The notes below the pieces were generated by a model. It was given only the letters and a program-made list of their open reading frames with translations, searched no databases and had not been told where the DNA came from. Of a stretch of 49,306 nt of DNA, positions 9,387 through 18,079 are shown one piece after another (the first letter of the stretch is position 1; each line of letters starts with the position of its first letter). This DNA comes from Gemmatimonadota bacterium. GTDB taxonomy: Bacteria; JAAXHH01. Both the position numbers and the translations under genes were made by a program. The DNA lies in NCBI GenBank assembly GCA_026713285.1, contig JAPOOT010000231.1, positions 1 to 49,306 on the forward strand. The letters are read 5' to 3'.

Positions 9387-9839
9387 ATGAATAGTATCGT
9401 GCGCTTTCTTACGAAAAACCTCGGTATGACCGACCTCGGTCTGCTCATCATCCGCATTGTGATCGGTTTCAGCATGGCGGCCTTTCACGGCTGGGGAAAA
9501 ATATCCAATCCCGAGCGCTGGGCCGCCATCGGCGGCAATATGGAGATGGTCGGCATCAGTTTTCTTCCGGCATTCTGGGGTTTCATGGCCGGATTCGCGG
9601 AATTCGTCTGCTCGATACTCGTGATATTCGGTGTTTTCTTCCGGCCCGCGACGACGCTGCTCACGCTGACCATGCTTCTGGCCATGCTGCGTCACCTGTC
9701 GCTGCCTGCCGACGATCCCGGTTCAGGTCTCAACGGCGCGTCGCACGCCATGGAACTCTGCGCCATTTACATCGCCCTGTGGTTTACCGGTCCGGGCAAG
9801 TACAGCCTGATGCCGGGGACAATGAAAGACCGGTCCTAG
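9387..9839 (+). CDS. DoxX family membrane protein
   Basis: Four hydrophobic segments and an LLIIRIVIGFSMAAFHGWGK N-terminal pattern typical of DoxX. AAGGA precedes the ATG. Confidence 0.75.
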   Translation: MNSIVRFLTKNLGMTDLGLLIIRIVIGFSMAAFHGWGKISNPERWAAIGGNMEMVGISFLPAFWGFMAGFAEFVCSILVIFGVFFRPATTLLTLTMLLAMLRHLSLPADDPGSGLNGASHAMELCAIYIALWFTGPGKYSLMPGTMKDRS

Positions 9840-9875
9840 CGGTCGTGGCGGAATCGTACGTTGACACGGGAATCT

Positions 9876-10349
9876 ATGAGCCATCCTGTTGAGATCGGTG
9901 TGATTTCGGATACCCACGGCCTGTTGCGGCCGGCGGCCGTGGCCGCGCTGGATGGCGTCGAACGGATCATACACGGCGGGGACGTGGGTGGCGAGGATAT
10001 CCTGGACACCATGGCGGAGATCGCGCCGATTACGGTCGTCCGGGGCAATACGGACTATCAGCCCTGGGCGGCTCGGTTGCCGGTGACCGAACTGGTGGAA
10101 GTCGAAGGGCGGTCGATCTTCGTCGTGCACGATATCGAAGATCTGAATCTCGACCCCGCGGCCGCGGGCATAGACGTGGTCGTCTACGGCCATTCCCACC
10201 GTCCGGAGTGGGAACAGCGCGGAGACGGGGTCTGGTATCTCAATTCAGGCAGCGCGGGGCCCCGCCGATTCAGCCTGCCCGTCTCTGTTGCCCGCTTGCA
10301 AGTATCTACAAAGTATATACGCGGTGAGATCAAGTACCTGGAAGTGTAG
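9876..10349 (+). CDS. YfcE/MJ0936-family metallophosphoesterase
   Basis: Motifs ISDTHG, HGGD, GNTD and GHSH appear in the canonical order. I prefer ATG 9876 (MSHPVEIGV) over the track TTG at 9861. Confidence 0.85.
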   Translation: MSHPVEIGVISDTHGLLRPAAVAALDGVERIIHGGDVGGEDILDTMAEIAPITVVRGNTDYQPWAARLPVTELVEVEGRSIFVVHDIEDLNLDPAAAGIDVVVYGHSHRPEWEQRGDGVWYLNSGSAGPRRFSLPVSVARLQVSTKYIRGEIKYLEV

Positions 10350-10357
10350 TGCGGGAG

Positions 10358-10478
10358 GGAGACCTTGGCTGCGGTAGTACAGGAGTCGTGGCCACGGAAG
10401 TACAGGAGACCTTGGCTGCGGTAGTTCAGGAGTCGTGGCTACGTAAGGACAGGAGAGGTGGCCGCGGCTGTGGAGGTA
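10358..10478. repeat. 47-bp tandem repeat, about 2.5 copies
   Basis: GGAGACCTTGGCTGCGGTAGT(A/T)CAGGAGTCGTGGC(C/T)ACG(G/T)AAG(T/G)ACA starts at 10358 and 10405. A degenerate third copy starts at 10452. The array lies in the convergent gap between CDS ends 10349 and 10516. Confidence 0.85.
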
Positions 10479-10515
10479 TGGAAGACGCCGGATCGAAGGG
10501 GATCGGTTGCGTATC

Positions 10516-11643
10516 TCAGTATGCGGCCACGGTCATGGCTTCGAAGCGTTCCATGTCCCACTCCGCGCCCCAGCCCGGCCCGTCGGGCGGGACGATGTGG
10601 CCGTCCGCGATAAGCGGCTTGTTGACCATGCCCCAGGTGCTGGCGGTGTCTACGAAGCCATTGGCGCCGGTCTCGTAGAACCCCGTGTTGTCGATGCAAC
10701 ATCCGAGATGGGCGTGGACGATTCCGAAGAGACCCCCTTCGGCGTTCAGTTCGATGTTGGTGTCGTACATCTCCGCGAAATGGGCCATCTTGAGCACCTG
10801 GGTGGTCCCGAAACGGGCATTGGCGCGCAGCAGGTCGGTCGCCCCCGAAATCAGCCGCTGCGTGGAAATCCCCAGGTCGCCCATCAGCGTTTCGTTCCCC
10901 ATCACCGGTATGGTCAATTCCCTGCACAGTTCCTGGTACTGGCGCTCTTTGTGTTCGTGCATCGGTTCTTCCAGCCAGATGAAATCCAGTTCCTCCATGA
11001 CCCTGCCCACCTCGATCGCTTCCTGCAGCGTGTATGAACAGACCGGATCGTTCAACAGCAGATAATCGGGTCCGACGATCCGGCGGACTTCCCTGAATAT
11101 CGGGATATCCGCCTTTCCGCCCTTGTAGGTGTGAAACTTGTAGGCGTTGACCCCGTATTCCTTGCCTCCCTGAATCATCTGGAGGTAGGTCTCGATGTCG
11201 GAATCTCCCCCGGTCAGGTAAACCGGGAACCGGTCGCGCACCCGGCCGATCAGGTCGTAGACCGGCAGGCCGGCCTTCTTGCCGGCGATGTCCCAGAGAC
11301 AATTGTCGAAGTCACCGAACCACCCCGGTTTCTGGTACAGCCAGCGCGTTCCCTTGTGGAGCAACTGGAACAGCGCTTCCCGGTGCAGGGGATTCTTGCC
11401 CAGTACCTGTGTCTTCAGGATCTCCACCTGCTCACGGCCCATCGTGGTCGTGCACACGCCGGATATGCCTTCATCGGTCTCGACCTGGATGAAGTGCTGT
11501 CGCAGGTTTCCGCCTTTGGGGTGGGATTCGCTGCCGTGGGTATACTGCGTGCGCCTCAGGCCCGGGACCCGCTTCAACACATGGTAGTACTGCGGCTGGT
11601 CCGGATCTTCCAGCAAAAACAGCTTTATTCCGGTGATTTTCAC
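10516..11643 (-). CDS. Enolase-superfamily enzyme (mandelate racemase/muconate lactonizing family)
   Basis: (V)KITGIKLFLLED N-terminus, VETDEGISG, WDIAGKKAGLPVYDLIG, NAYKFH, LLNDP, IWLEEP and GNE blocks. The start is set at GTG 11643, which overlaps the TGA of the upstream desaturase gene (GTGA). The 128 extra codons in track ORF 10516..12027 run inside that gene. Confidence 0.85.
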   Translation of the reverse strand: MKITGIKLFLLEDPDQPQYYHVLKRVPGLRRTQYTHGSESHPKGGNLRQHFIQVETDEGISGVCTTTMGREQVEILKTQVLGKNPLHREALFQLLHKGTRWLYQKPGWFGDFDNCLWDIAGKKAGLPVYDLIGRVRDRFPVYLTGGDSDIETYLQMIQGGKEYGVNAYKFHTYKGGKADIPIFREVRRIVGPDYLLLNDPVCSYTLQEAIEVGRVMEELDFIWLEEPMHEHKERQYQELCRELTIPVMGNETLMGDLGISTQRLISGATDLLRANARFGTTQVLKMAHFAEMYDTNIELNAEGGLFGIVHAHLGCCIDNTGFYETGANGFVDTASTWGMVNKPLIADGHIVPPDGPGWGAEWDMERFEAMTVAAY

Positions 11644-12839
11644 GTAGATTCCCGGGGTGTGGGAGAGGCCGTCGGGAGTTCGGCGACGAACTGGTAATCG
11701 GGTTCGACTTCCTGGCGGTCCATGATCTCTATAATCTGTTTCCAGGTCGCGTAGAGTCCACGGGTGCAGAGAGGCATCTCGTGCTTGATGAGCCTGTGCA
11801 GGCGTCCGAGTCTGTAGCAGGGCACCGCGGCGTACATGTGGTGTTCGGTGTGGTAGTTCATGTGCCAGTACAGGAACTGCAGGATGGGGTTGATATGGAA
11901 CGTCCTGCAGCAAAGGCGGTAATCGGGCACTTCGTCCTGCAGCCCGACGTGCTGGGTGGCGTTGCAAAGGAACTGCAGCCACGCGCCGAACATCCGCGGA
12001 AAGGTGATGACCAGCGGGACCACCCACAGGCCCGAGACCAGCGCTCCGCCCGCAACAAGCACGTGGCCCGTGAACATGAAACGTTCCCAGTTGGTATAGG
12101 CCCTGCGCCGCTCCGGGTCGCTTTCGGGAAAGAGTTCCCGGGACCAGCGGTCGTCCGGGATTTTCCCGGCGAAGGCCGCGAGCCTGCCTTTAACCAGGTC
12201 GTAGGGATACCGGTAGTTGATGATCGACCATTTCCACATGTTCCGCATGTCGAACTTCTGGGGCAGGATCACTTCCTGGTCGTCGGGATGGTGAAGCGTG
12301 TACTTGTGGTGCTCGGTGTGGCTCGCCCAGAAATGATGGTGGTTGTGCCAGCCGAGGAAGGAATAGACGCGGAGAAAGAAGCGGTTCAGCCACCGCGTCC
12401 GGAATACGGAATCATGGACCAGTTCATGGAAGCCGTTGACCAGGAAATGCCAGAAGTGTCCGTTGATGAACACCAGCAGGAGGGTGATGTACCACGGCCA
12501 GTTCAAAGAAGAGTAGATGGCGACACCCGCCCCCGCGGCGAGGACGGCGAGATAGCCCAGGGTCTGGACGAATCCGAGGAAATCGCTTCGTTTGTTGAGA
12601 CTGGCCAACTGTTCCCGGGTCACGCGGCAGCGGTACCACTTTACCCGGTTCTTCGGGAGCGGTGCGTTGTACTCGGGCCCCTCGGTCAGTACTTCCTCTT
12701 CGGACAACGCGGTGTGGTCCGGACCTACGATTTCGTGGGTATCACCCGATCCGCTTGCTTCTTTGGCAGATTTGCTCACGATTCCATCCTGCCTGGATGA
12801 TGTCGATGGGAACACGAATAAAGTAAGGTGGATCTCCAA
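11640..12839 (-). CDS. Membrane fatty-acid-desaturase-family di-iron enzyme
   Basis: Three histidine boxes are present: HELVHD, WASHTEHHKYTLH and NYHTEHHMY. Hydrophobic segments lie between them. The start is uncertain: track TTG at 12839, or GTG at 12779 preceded by AGGCAGGATGGAA. Confidence 0.8.
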   Translation of the reverse strand: MEIHLTLFVFPSTSSRQDGIVSKSAKEASGSGDTHEIVGPDHTALSEEEVLTEGPEYNAPLPKNRVKWYRCRVTREQLASLNKRSDFLGFVQTLGYLAVLAAGAGVAIYSSLNWPWYITLLLVFINGHFWHFLVNGFHELVHDSVFRTRWLNRFFLRVYSFLGWHNHHHFWASHTEHHKYTLHHPDDQEVILPQKFDMRNMWKWSIINYRYPYDLVKGRLAAFAGKIPDDRWSRELFPESDPERRRAYTNWERFMFTGHVLVAGGALVSGLWVVPLVITFPRMFGAWLQFLCNATQHVGLQDEVPDYRLCCRTFHINPILQFLYWHMNYHTEHHMYAAVPCYRLGRLHRLIKHEMPLCTRGLYATWKQIIEIMDRQEVEPDYQFVAELPTASPTPREST

Positions 12840-12895
12840 AGACCGTCAAGGGCAAACGCGCCTCAGAAATTGGTCGAACAGCTCCGCCGGATCGC

Positions 12896-13900
12896 CTACT
12901 TCCTCGATTCTCCCTTGAGAAAGCGGTCGAACCAGTCCACCATCCATTCGAAGTATTCGAACCGGAAGACGTGGTTGCCGTCGGGCTGGTACACGCGGAA
13001 ATGGTCGCCCGCGCCGGCCTCGCGGTATGCCGGCGCCACGACGCGTATGAGTTCGTCGACACCGCACTTCGGCATGTCCTCGTCCGAAGCGGGCGCCACC
13101 ATCATGAAGGGACGCGGCGCGATGCAGTTCGCGACGATTTCAGGATGGTCGAAGTAACGAAGCATGTGGGGCACGTAGAAGTAAGCGCTGTGCCGGTACA
13201 GGTCGCCGCCCCGTATGACGCTCTCCATCTGGCCCACGCCGCCGCAGATGGGCACGCCCGTCGCCAGCCACGGGGCACAGGCCATGGCGTACCATGTAGC
13301 GTTGCCCCCCAGGGACATGCCGGTCATCCCCACCTTGTTTTTCCCGATCCGGTCCTGGACTTCGAGCACCCGGACGCCCCTGAGCGCTTCCTCCACCAGG
13401 AGACCCATCTGCGAAATGCCGTAGGCCAGCAGGTGTTTGAGTTCGATGTACCAGGAGACCTCGTTCGTGCCCCGGCCGTGGCAACCCTTGGGCGAGATGG
13501 CCAGGGTGACGTATCCCCTCCGCGCCAGTTCCCGTGCCCAGCCATACAGCGGCGGATCATTGGGACCGTCCTTGTAGTACCGTTCGAGGGCCATGCGCTC
13601 GGCCGATCCGCCCGTACCCGGAACGCAGACGACGCCCGGGAGGTGTTTCGCCGGGCTGTCCAGGGGCTCGATCAGGATGGCCGGTACCGTCTCCCCGTGG
13701 GAATTGGCGTATGACAGATTCGTGAGACGGATATCGTCTTCCACCCGGGAATCACCCAAGGTGAAATCGACCTGCCCGGGGATCTCTGCCATGCCGAAGA
13801 GTTCCAGCAGCTTTTCGCGGATCTTTTCGGGCGGAATCGATTCGGGATACCTGGGACGCAGCCCCTTGCGGTTATAAGTGGTCTCGAACGGCTTTTCCAT
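12896..13900 (-). CDS. Alpha/beta hydrolase (dienelactone hydrolase / acetyl-xylan-esterase-like)
   Basis: Nucleophile elbow GMSLGG, a CVPGTGG oxyanion-region pattern and a C-terminal GNHVF (His). The start is set at ATG 13900 (MEKPF), with GAGG 8 nt upstream. Confidence 0.75.
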   Translation of the reverse strand: MEKPFETTYNRKGLRPRYPESIPPEKIREKLLELFGMAEIPGQVDFTLGDSRVEDDIRLTNLSYANSHGETVPAILIEPLDSPAKHLPGVVCVPGTGGSAERMALERYYKDGPNDPPLYGWARELARRGYVTLAISPKGCHGRGTNEVSWYIELKHLLAYGISQMGLLVEEALRGVRVLEVQDRIGKNKVGMTGMSLGGNATWYAMACAPWLATGVPICGGVGQMESVIRGGDLYRHSAYFYVPHMLRYFDHPEIVANCIAPRPFMMVAPASDEDMPKCGVDELIRVVAPAYREAGAGDHFRVYQPDGNHVFRFEYFEWMVDWFDRFLKGESRK

Positions 13901-13938
13901 TTTGTACCTCACCGGCCGGGCAGGCAGGGCGGCTTACC

Positions 13939-15402
13939 CTACACGGCATAGGGCGGGAACTCGTGGGTGTGGCTTTGTGCGGCTTCGTTGCTCAGTTTTC
14001 CGTCGCGCATGAAGTCCTTCTCCCGGCCCTGCTCCACAATCAGGTTATGTAACCGGTCCCGAAGGATCCGCGCTCTCGGATGATCATCGCTATAGAGGTT
14101 CCGGCACTCGAGCGGATCTTCCTGTAGATCGTAGTACTCGAACTGCCCCGTCCGGTAGTGCCAGATGAACTTCTCCCGGTGGTCGACAAGGTAATGTCCG
14201 AACTCGAGATGTTCCGCGTGCAGATGCTCCCGGTCCAGTCGGCGCGTCTCGTCCCGCACGAGCGGCATGAGCGAACGGCCGTCCATGCGGCCGGGCGCGG
14301 GCAGGCCGCACACGTCCAGCAGCGTGGGCATCAGGTCGGCTAGTCCCACGGTCGTTTCGGGGTATTGGACGCCGGCGGGGAAATCCAGCTGCGCGGGGAA
14401 ATTCAGGACGAAGGGCACGCGGATCGAACCCTCGTAACCGTAGGACTTGGCCCAGTAATGGTGATCGCCCAGCATGTCGCCGTGGTCGCCGACGAAGGCG
14501 AAGACGAGATTGCGCAGCTGGAGCATGCGCCACATGTGATACGTGAACCGCGTGATCTGTGTGTCTACGTGATCGATGCAACCGTAGTATCCCGCCCGGG
14601 CCCGCCGGACGTCTTTAGTTGAGCGCGGGAGATACTCGGCTTCCGGGAAGGGGCCGTGGGCCTTGACGAAGGGCGTGCGTCCGCTCACGTAGCGGGACGG
14701 ATCGCCAATCACCGGATCGGGCAGGTCGGGGTCGCCGGCGTATCGCTCGTAGAAGAAAGCCGGCGGATCCCAGGGCGGATGGGGCTTGCTGAAGGACAAG
14801 AAGAGAAAAAAGGGCGTGTCCCGGCCGTGGTCCCGGACGTGCTCGTCCATCACGCGTATGGCCTGGGTGGCCGTCCATGTCGTCACGTGGAATTCCTCGG
14901 GAAATACGCAGGGACGGGCCGTGTACCCATTGTTGGTCACGCCCGCGTTGAACAGGCCGAAATCGCCCCAGCCCTGTTCGGCAAGCCAGTCCAGGTAATC
15001 GTCGCGGAATCCGGGTGACAGGTACCGGCCTTCCTCGTGGGCGACGATGCGGTCGAAGCCGTAGGGGGCGTCCTGGGGATAGACATGCCTTTTCCCGATG
15101 CAGTAGGTCTTGTAACCGTTTCGCTGGAATACCCGGCAGAGCGTGTCCGGTTCGTCCCACGCCATCATGTCGTTGAAACCGACCATGCCGTGGGTGACCG
15201 GCCACTGCCCGCTGAAGAGCGTCCGGCGGGCGCCCACGCAGGAGGGAACCTCGGAGACCGCGCTGGGGAAGTAATGTCCGCTATGGGCGAGGGCGTCGAT
15301 CCCGGGCGTGTGGACCACGGGGTGGCCCGCTATGCCCAGGGTGTCGCCGCGAAGCTGGTCGGCGCAGATGAGGACGACGTTGGGTCGGGCGTTACGTTTC
15401 AT
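13939..15402 (-). CDS. Type I sulfatase-family hydrolase with non-canonical active-site motif
   Basis: PNVVLICADQLRGD N-terminus, PSCVGARRTLFSG at the formylglycine motif position, and GKRH, FSKPHPP and VGDHGD blocks. No signal peptide. AAGGA precedes the ATG. Confidence 0.85.
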   Translation of the reverse strand: MKRNARPNVVLICADQLRGDTLGIAGHPVVHTPGIDALAHSGHYFPSAVSEVPSCVGARRTLFSGQWPVTHGMVGFNDMMAWDEPDTLCRVFQRNGYKTYCIGKRHVYPQDAPYGFDRIVAHEEGRYLSPGFRDDYLDWLAEQGWGDFGLFNAGVTNNGYTARPCVFPEEFHVTTWTATQAIRVMDEHVRDHGRDTPFFLFLSFSKPHPPWDPPAFFYERYAGDPDLPDPVIGDPSRYVSGRTPFVKAHGPFPEAEYLPRSTKDVRRARAGYYGCIDHVDTQITRFTYHMWRMLQLRNLVFAFVGDHGDMLGDHHYWAKSYGYEGSIRVPFVLNFPAQLDFPAGVQYPETTVGLADLMPTLLDVCGLPAPGRMDGRSLMPLVRDETRRLDREHLHAEHLEFGHYLVDHREKFIWHYRTGQFEYYDLQEDPLECRNLYSDDHPRARILRDRLHNLIVEQGREKDFMRDGKLSNEAAQSHTHEFPPYAV

Positions 15403-15519
15403 GCATTCCTTAGCCTTTTATATTCCCTGGTTTTCGCCGGACGTGATACCTCCGGTCCCATCGCCTGAACGGTAAAGGCTCCGTCGCCAGGACTGTGGAG
15501 CACTCAGGCGGACGGCGCC

Positions 15520-16350
15520 TTAGGAAGGAAGGACCCGCTGTCCCAGGACGATGTGATGGAACAGCGGTTTTGTCCGTTCCGGCAGCGCCTCGTACTGCTC
15601 CGGGGTCAGCGGCACGACATCATCCGGCCTGAAGCCCCGGTCGGCCGCATCGCGTTCGAAGTCCGACAGACCGGGAATAAGCGGGTTGAGGTTGAACCAC
15701 CACGCCGCGTAACGGGCGATTACGGCCATGCGGGTCTCTTCGCTGTTGTTGTGTCCGTTTATATGCCAGGTCCGGCTGTCAAAGAGCAACACGCTTCCCG
15801 GTTCGCCTACGGCCTGGATTTCCGATGGATGGGTCGTTCCCGGCACCAGGCTGCTGTCTCCCGTCGGATTGTTGCCCGCCTTGTGGCTTCCCGGCACCAG
15901 TACGGTACCGCCGTTCTCTCTGGTGAAGGGCGTGAGCATCCATAGGCTGGTCAGCAGCAGCGGGGCGTCCGGATACGGCGCCGGGATGCGATAGTCGTAG
16001 CCCTGTCCGAAGGGCCAGTCGGAGTGTAGGCCTCCGCCTGGGTCGTCTGTCCGGGGATAACCGGGGTGGAGTATGACGCCCGTAGTCATGGATATGCGCA
16101 CGTGCTTGCCGAAAAACGCTTCGGTTATGCCCATGATCCGGTCGTCGGACAGGTAGGGGGCGATCGCCTGGTCGTAGGCGATGATTCCTCGAACGCAGTG
16201 GCGGCCATTCGCCAGGTCCTCGGGCCGGCCGTCCGCCGTTGCGATCAAGCTGTCGCGGACCTTCACCACTTCGTCCGGGGGAATTACGCCGTCTACAACG
16301 CACCAGCCCTCGATCCTGATCCGCTTGACGAGATCTTCGACGGTTGACAT
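15520..16350 (-). CDS. Phytanoyl-CoA dioxygenase (PhyH) family Fe(II)/2-oxoglutarate oxygenase
   Basis: GWCVVDGVIPPDEV N-terminal pattern, LHSDWP (HxD), VPGSHK and WHINGHN (distal His). Confidence 0.8.
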   Translation of the reverse strand: MSTVEDLVKRIRIEGWCVVDGVIPPDEVVKVRDSLIATADGRPEDLANGRHCVRGIIAYDQAIAPYLSDDRIMGITEAFFGKHVRISMTTGVILHPGYPRTDDPGGGLHSDWPFGQGYDYRIPAPYPDAPLLLTSLWMLTPFTRENGGTVLVPGSHKAGNNPTGDSSLVPGTTHPSEIQAVGEPGSVLLFDSRTWHINGHNNSEETRMAVIARYAAWWFNLNPLIPGLSDFERDAADRGFRPDDVVPLTPEQYEALPERTKPLFHHIVLGQRVLPS

Positions 16351-16495
16351 GCCCGTTCCTTCCGCATAACGTGAATCCGGAGCGAGGTTTCAGAAGTTGG
16401 AGTGCGATGCAGGATCGATAGTCAAAACCCACGTCTTTGTAAAGGCCAATCTCACCGATGACCGGCACCTTCAGTCGGCCCCTTCTGGAGTTGAT

Positions 16496-17461
16496 ATGGT
16501 TTCATACCGTCCCCTGGGCCGCACAGGATTGAACGTTTCAACGCTGAGTATGGGATCCGGCGGGTACAATCGGCTGGGTCAGACCAGCGATCCTCCGCTC
16601 ACCGAACCGGAAATGCACCGGCTCGTTCACGGGGTCCTGGACCTGGGCATAAACCTTTTCGATACGTCTCCGGGTTACCTTGAAGCCGAGGCGATACTCG
16701 GGCGGGCCTTTCAAGGCATTCCGCGCGACCGGTTCTACGTCGCCACCAGGGTCGTACTCTCGAAATTCGACGAGGAGCGCGGGCCGGTCCTGATGACCCC
16801 GGAGCATATTACGGATTCCATCGAGACCAGCCTGCGCCGTCTGGGAATAGACGCGATCGACGTGGCGTTGATCGCCGCGACCGAGACCGCCGATTTCGGC
16901 TATATGATCAACGAGCAGTTCCCCGTTCTGGAACGACTGTGCCAGCAAGGTAAAATCCGTTTCCTCGGATCCAGCGAGACCGCGTTGTCCGACGGCTCAC
17001 ATGCGTGGTTGCGGGCGGCGCTGCCAACCGGGAAGCTGGACGTCATCATGATCGCCTACAGCATGCTCAACCAGTCTGCGCGTCATTCGGTCTTCCCCTA
17101 CTGCAGGGAGCACGACGTGGGGGTAATGAACATCTTCTCGGTGCGTAACATCTTCAAGGATCCGTCGCGTCTCAAGGAGACGATCGAAGAACTGCAGCGC
17201 CAGGAGCTTCTGGACGAATCCATCGATCCCAAGGCGCCATACGACTTCCTGCTCGAGGATCCGGAAATCGATACGTTGGTCGAAGCGGCCTATCGATTTG
17301 TAGTAAATACGGAAGGCGTCACGACCGCCGTGTGCAGCGCGGTTACCCTGGATAAGATCGAGCAGAACATCCACAGCATCGCCAGGGGGCCGCTCCCCGA
17401 GATGCACGTGAAACGCATTCGACAACTGTTCGGACACATCAGCGAACCCGTCGGGAACTAG
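16496..17461 (+). CDS. Aldo/keto reductase
   Basis: MVSYRPLGRTGLNVSTLSMGSG N-terminus, FDTSPGY, and IRFLGSS followed by MIAYSMLNQ. The start is set at ATG 16496, with GGAG 7 nt upstream. Confidence 0.85.
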   Translation: MVSYRPLGRTGLNVSTLSMGSGGYNRLGQTSDPPLTEPEMHRLVHGVLDLGINLFDTSPGYLEAEAILGRAFQGIPRDRFYVATRVVLSKFDEERGPVLMTPEHITDSIETSLRRLGIDAIDVALIAATETADFGYMINEQFPVLERLCQQGKIRFLGSSETALSDGSHAWLRAALPTGKLDVIMIAYSMLNQSARHSVFPYCREHDVGVMNIFSVRNIFKDPSRLKETIEELQRQELLDESIDPKAPYDFLLEDPEIDTLVEAAYRFVVNTEGVTTAVCSAVTLDKIEQNIHSIARGPLPEMHVKRIRQLFGHISEPVGN

Positions 17462-17549
17462 ATCCATCGCCGGTTGGCAGGGGTCCGGGTCGGCAGCGGC
17501 CCCGGACTAACGCCAGCCCTTTCGGCTTCCTTCCAGCCAGCGCGCCCTG

Positions 17550-17657
17550 TTCCTGTGGTTCGTCGGTATGCGCCTTGACGAAGAGCCAGTGGCGCCAGGC
17601 GGTCCTGCCGGGCGGCGAGGCGTTCATGAGAAACGTGCGGACGTCCGTGATCTTCAT
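17550..17657 (-). pseudogene. Remnant of the N-terminus of an enolase-superfamily gene
   Basis: MKITDVRTFLMNASPPGRTAWRHWLFVKAHTDE mirrors the N-terminus of the two intact enolase-family genes here (MKITEIKT..VRVYTDEG; KITGIKLF..VETDEG). After TDE the similarity is lost, and the frame runs into the 3-prime end of the convergent AKR gene. Confidence 0.35.
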
Positions 17658-17747
17658 GGTCGGGAGAGTGGATTGCGTATGGTCGCAGGATCACTGTCAT
17701 CGGAAATCTGATTTGGTGCGCACCCCCGAGCGCAGGACAGATCGGAA

Positions 17748-18062
17748 TCAGCCGGAGGCACCATCCCTCAACTTTCGTTCGACGCTTTCCATCTTCTCTT
17801 CCAAGGTCTGCGCGCGGTCGGTTCGCGTACCCAGGCGGATGGTCGTGGAAATCCTCGGCGCGCCCATTTCGTGCACGGTCGCATGGCATTGCTTCACGGC
17901 CTCGAAAACCGCATCCCACTCGCCTTCGATATTTGTCCCGTAAGCATGCATGAAGGTCTTGAGCCCCGCCTTTCTCAGCACCCTTTCACAGGCCGTAACG
18001 TACGCTGAAACCGATACGCCGACCCCGATGGGCACCACGCACAGATCAACGATTACTTTCAT
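17748..18062 (-). CDS. MTH1187/YkoF-like thiamine-binding protein family (UPF0045/DUF77)
   Basis: MKVIVDLCVVPIGVGVSVSAYV ... YGTNIEGEWDAVFEAVKQCH ... RISTTIRLGTRTD ... KMESVERKL matches the family pattern over its usual ~100 aa. ATG 18062 is preferred over the track TTG at 18083. Confidence 0.75.
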   Translation of the reverse strand: MKVIVDLCVVPIGVGVSVSAYVTACERVLRKAGLKTFMHAYGTNIEGEWDAVFEAVKQCHATVHEMGAPRISTTIRLGTRTDRAQTLEEKMESVERKLRDGASG

Positions 18063-18079
18063 GGTGTGCTTCCCTGTTT

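Noticed and set aside
9837-9839. DoxX and metallophosphoesterase ORFs share one reading frame across a TAG, which could suggest read-through or pyrrolysine.
   Set aside because: The two proteins are complete, unrelated families with their own start context. The 36-nt spacer has no coding character, so the shared frame is a one-in-three coincidence.
11644-12027. N-terminal 128-codon extension of track ORF 10516..12027.
   Set aside because: The extension overlaps the 3-prime part of the desaturase-family gene in another frame and is Arg/Pro/His-rich. The enolase-family homology begins exactly at the GTG at 11643 (KITGIKLF).
17458-17943. Overlapping ORFs 17458..17919 (-) and 17575..17943 (+) in the AKR / MTH1187 interval.
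   Set aside because: Both overlap the well-supported MTH1187-family gene or the enolase stub in other frames. Their composition is Arg/Pro-rich and shadow-like.
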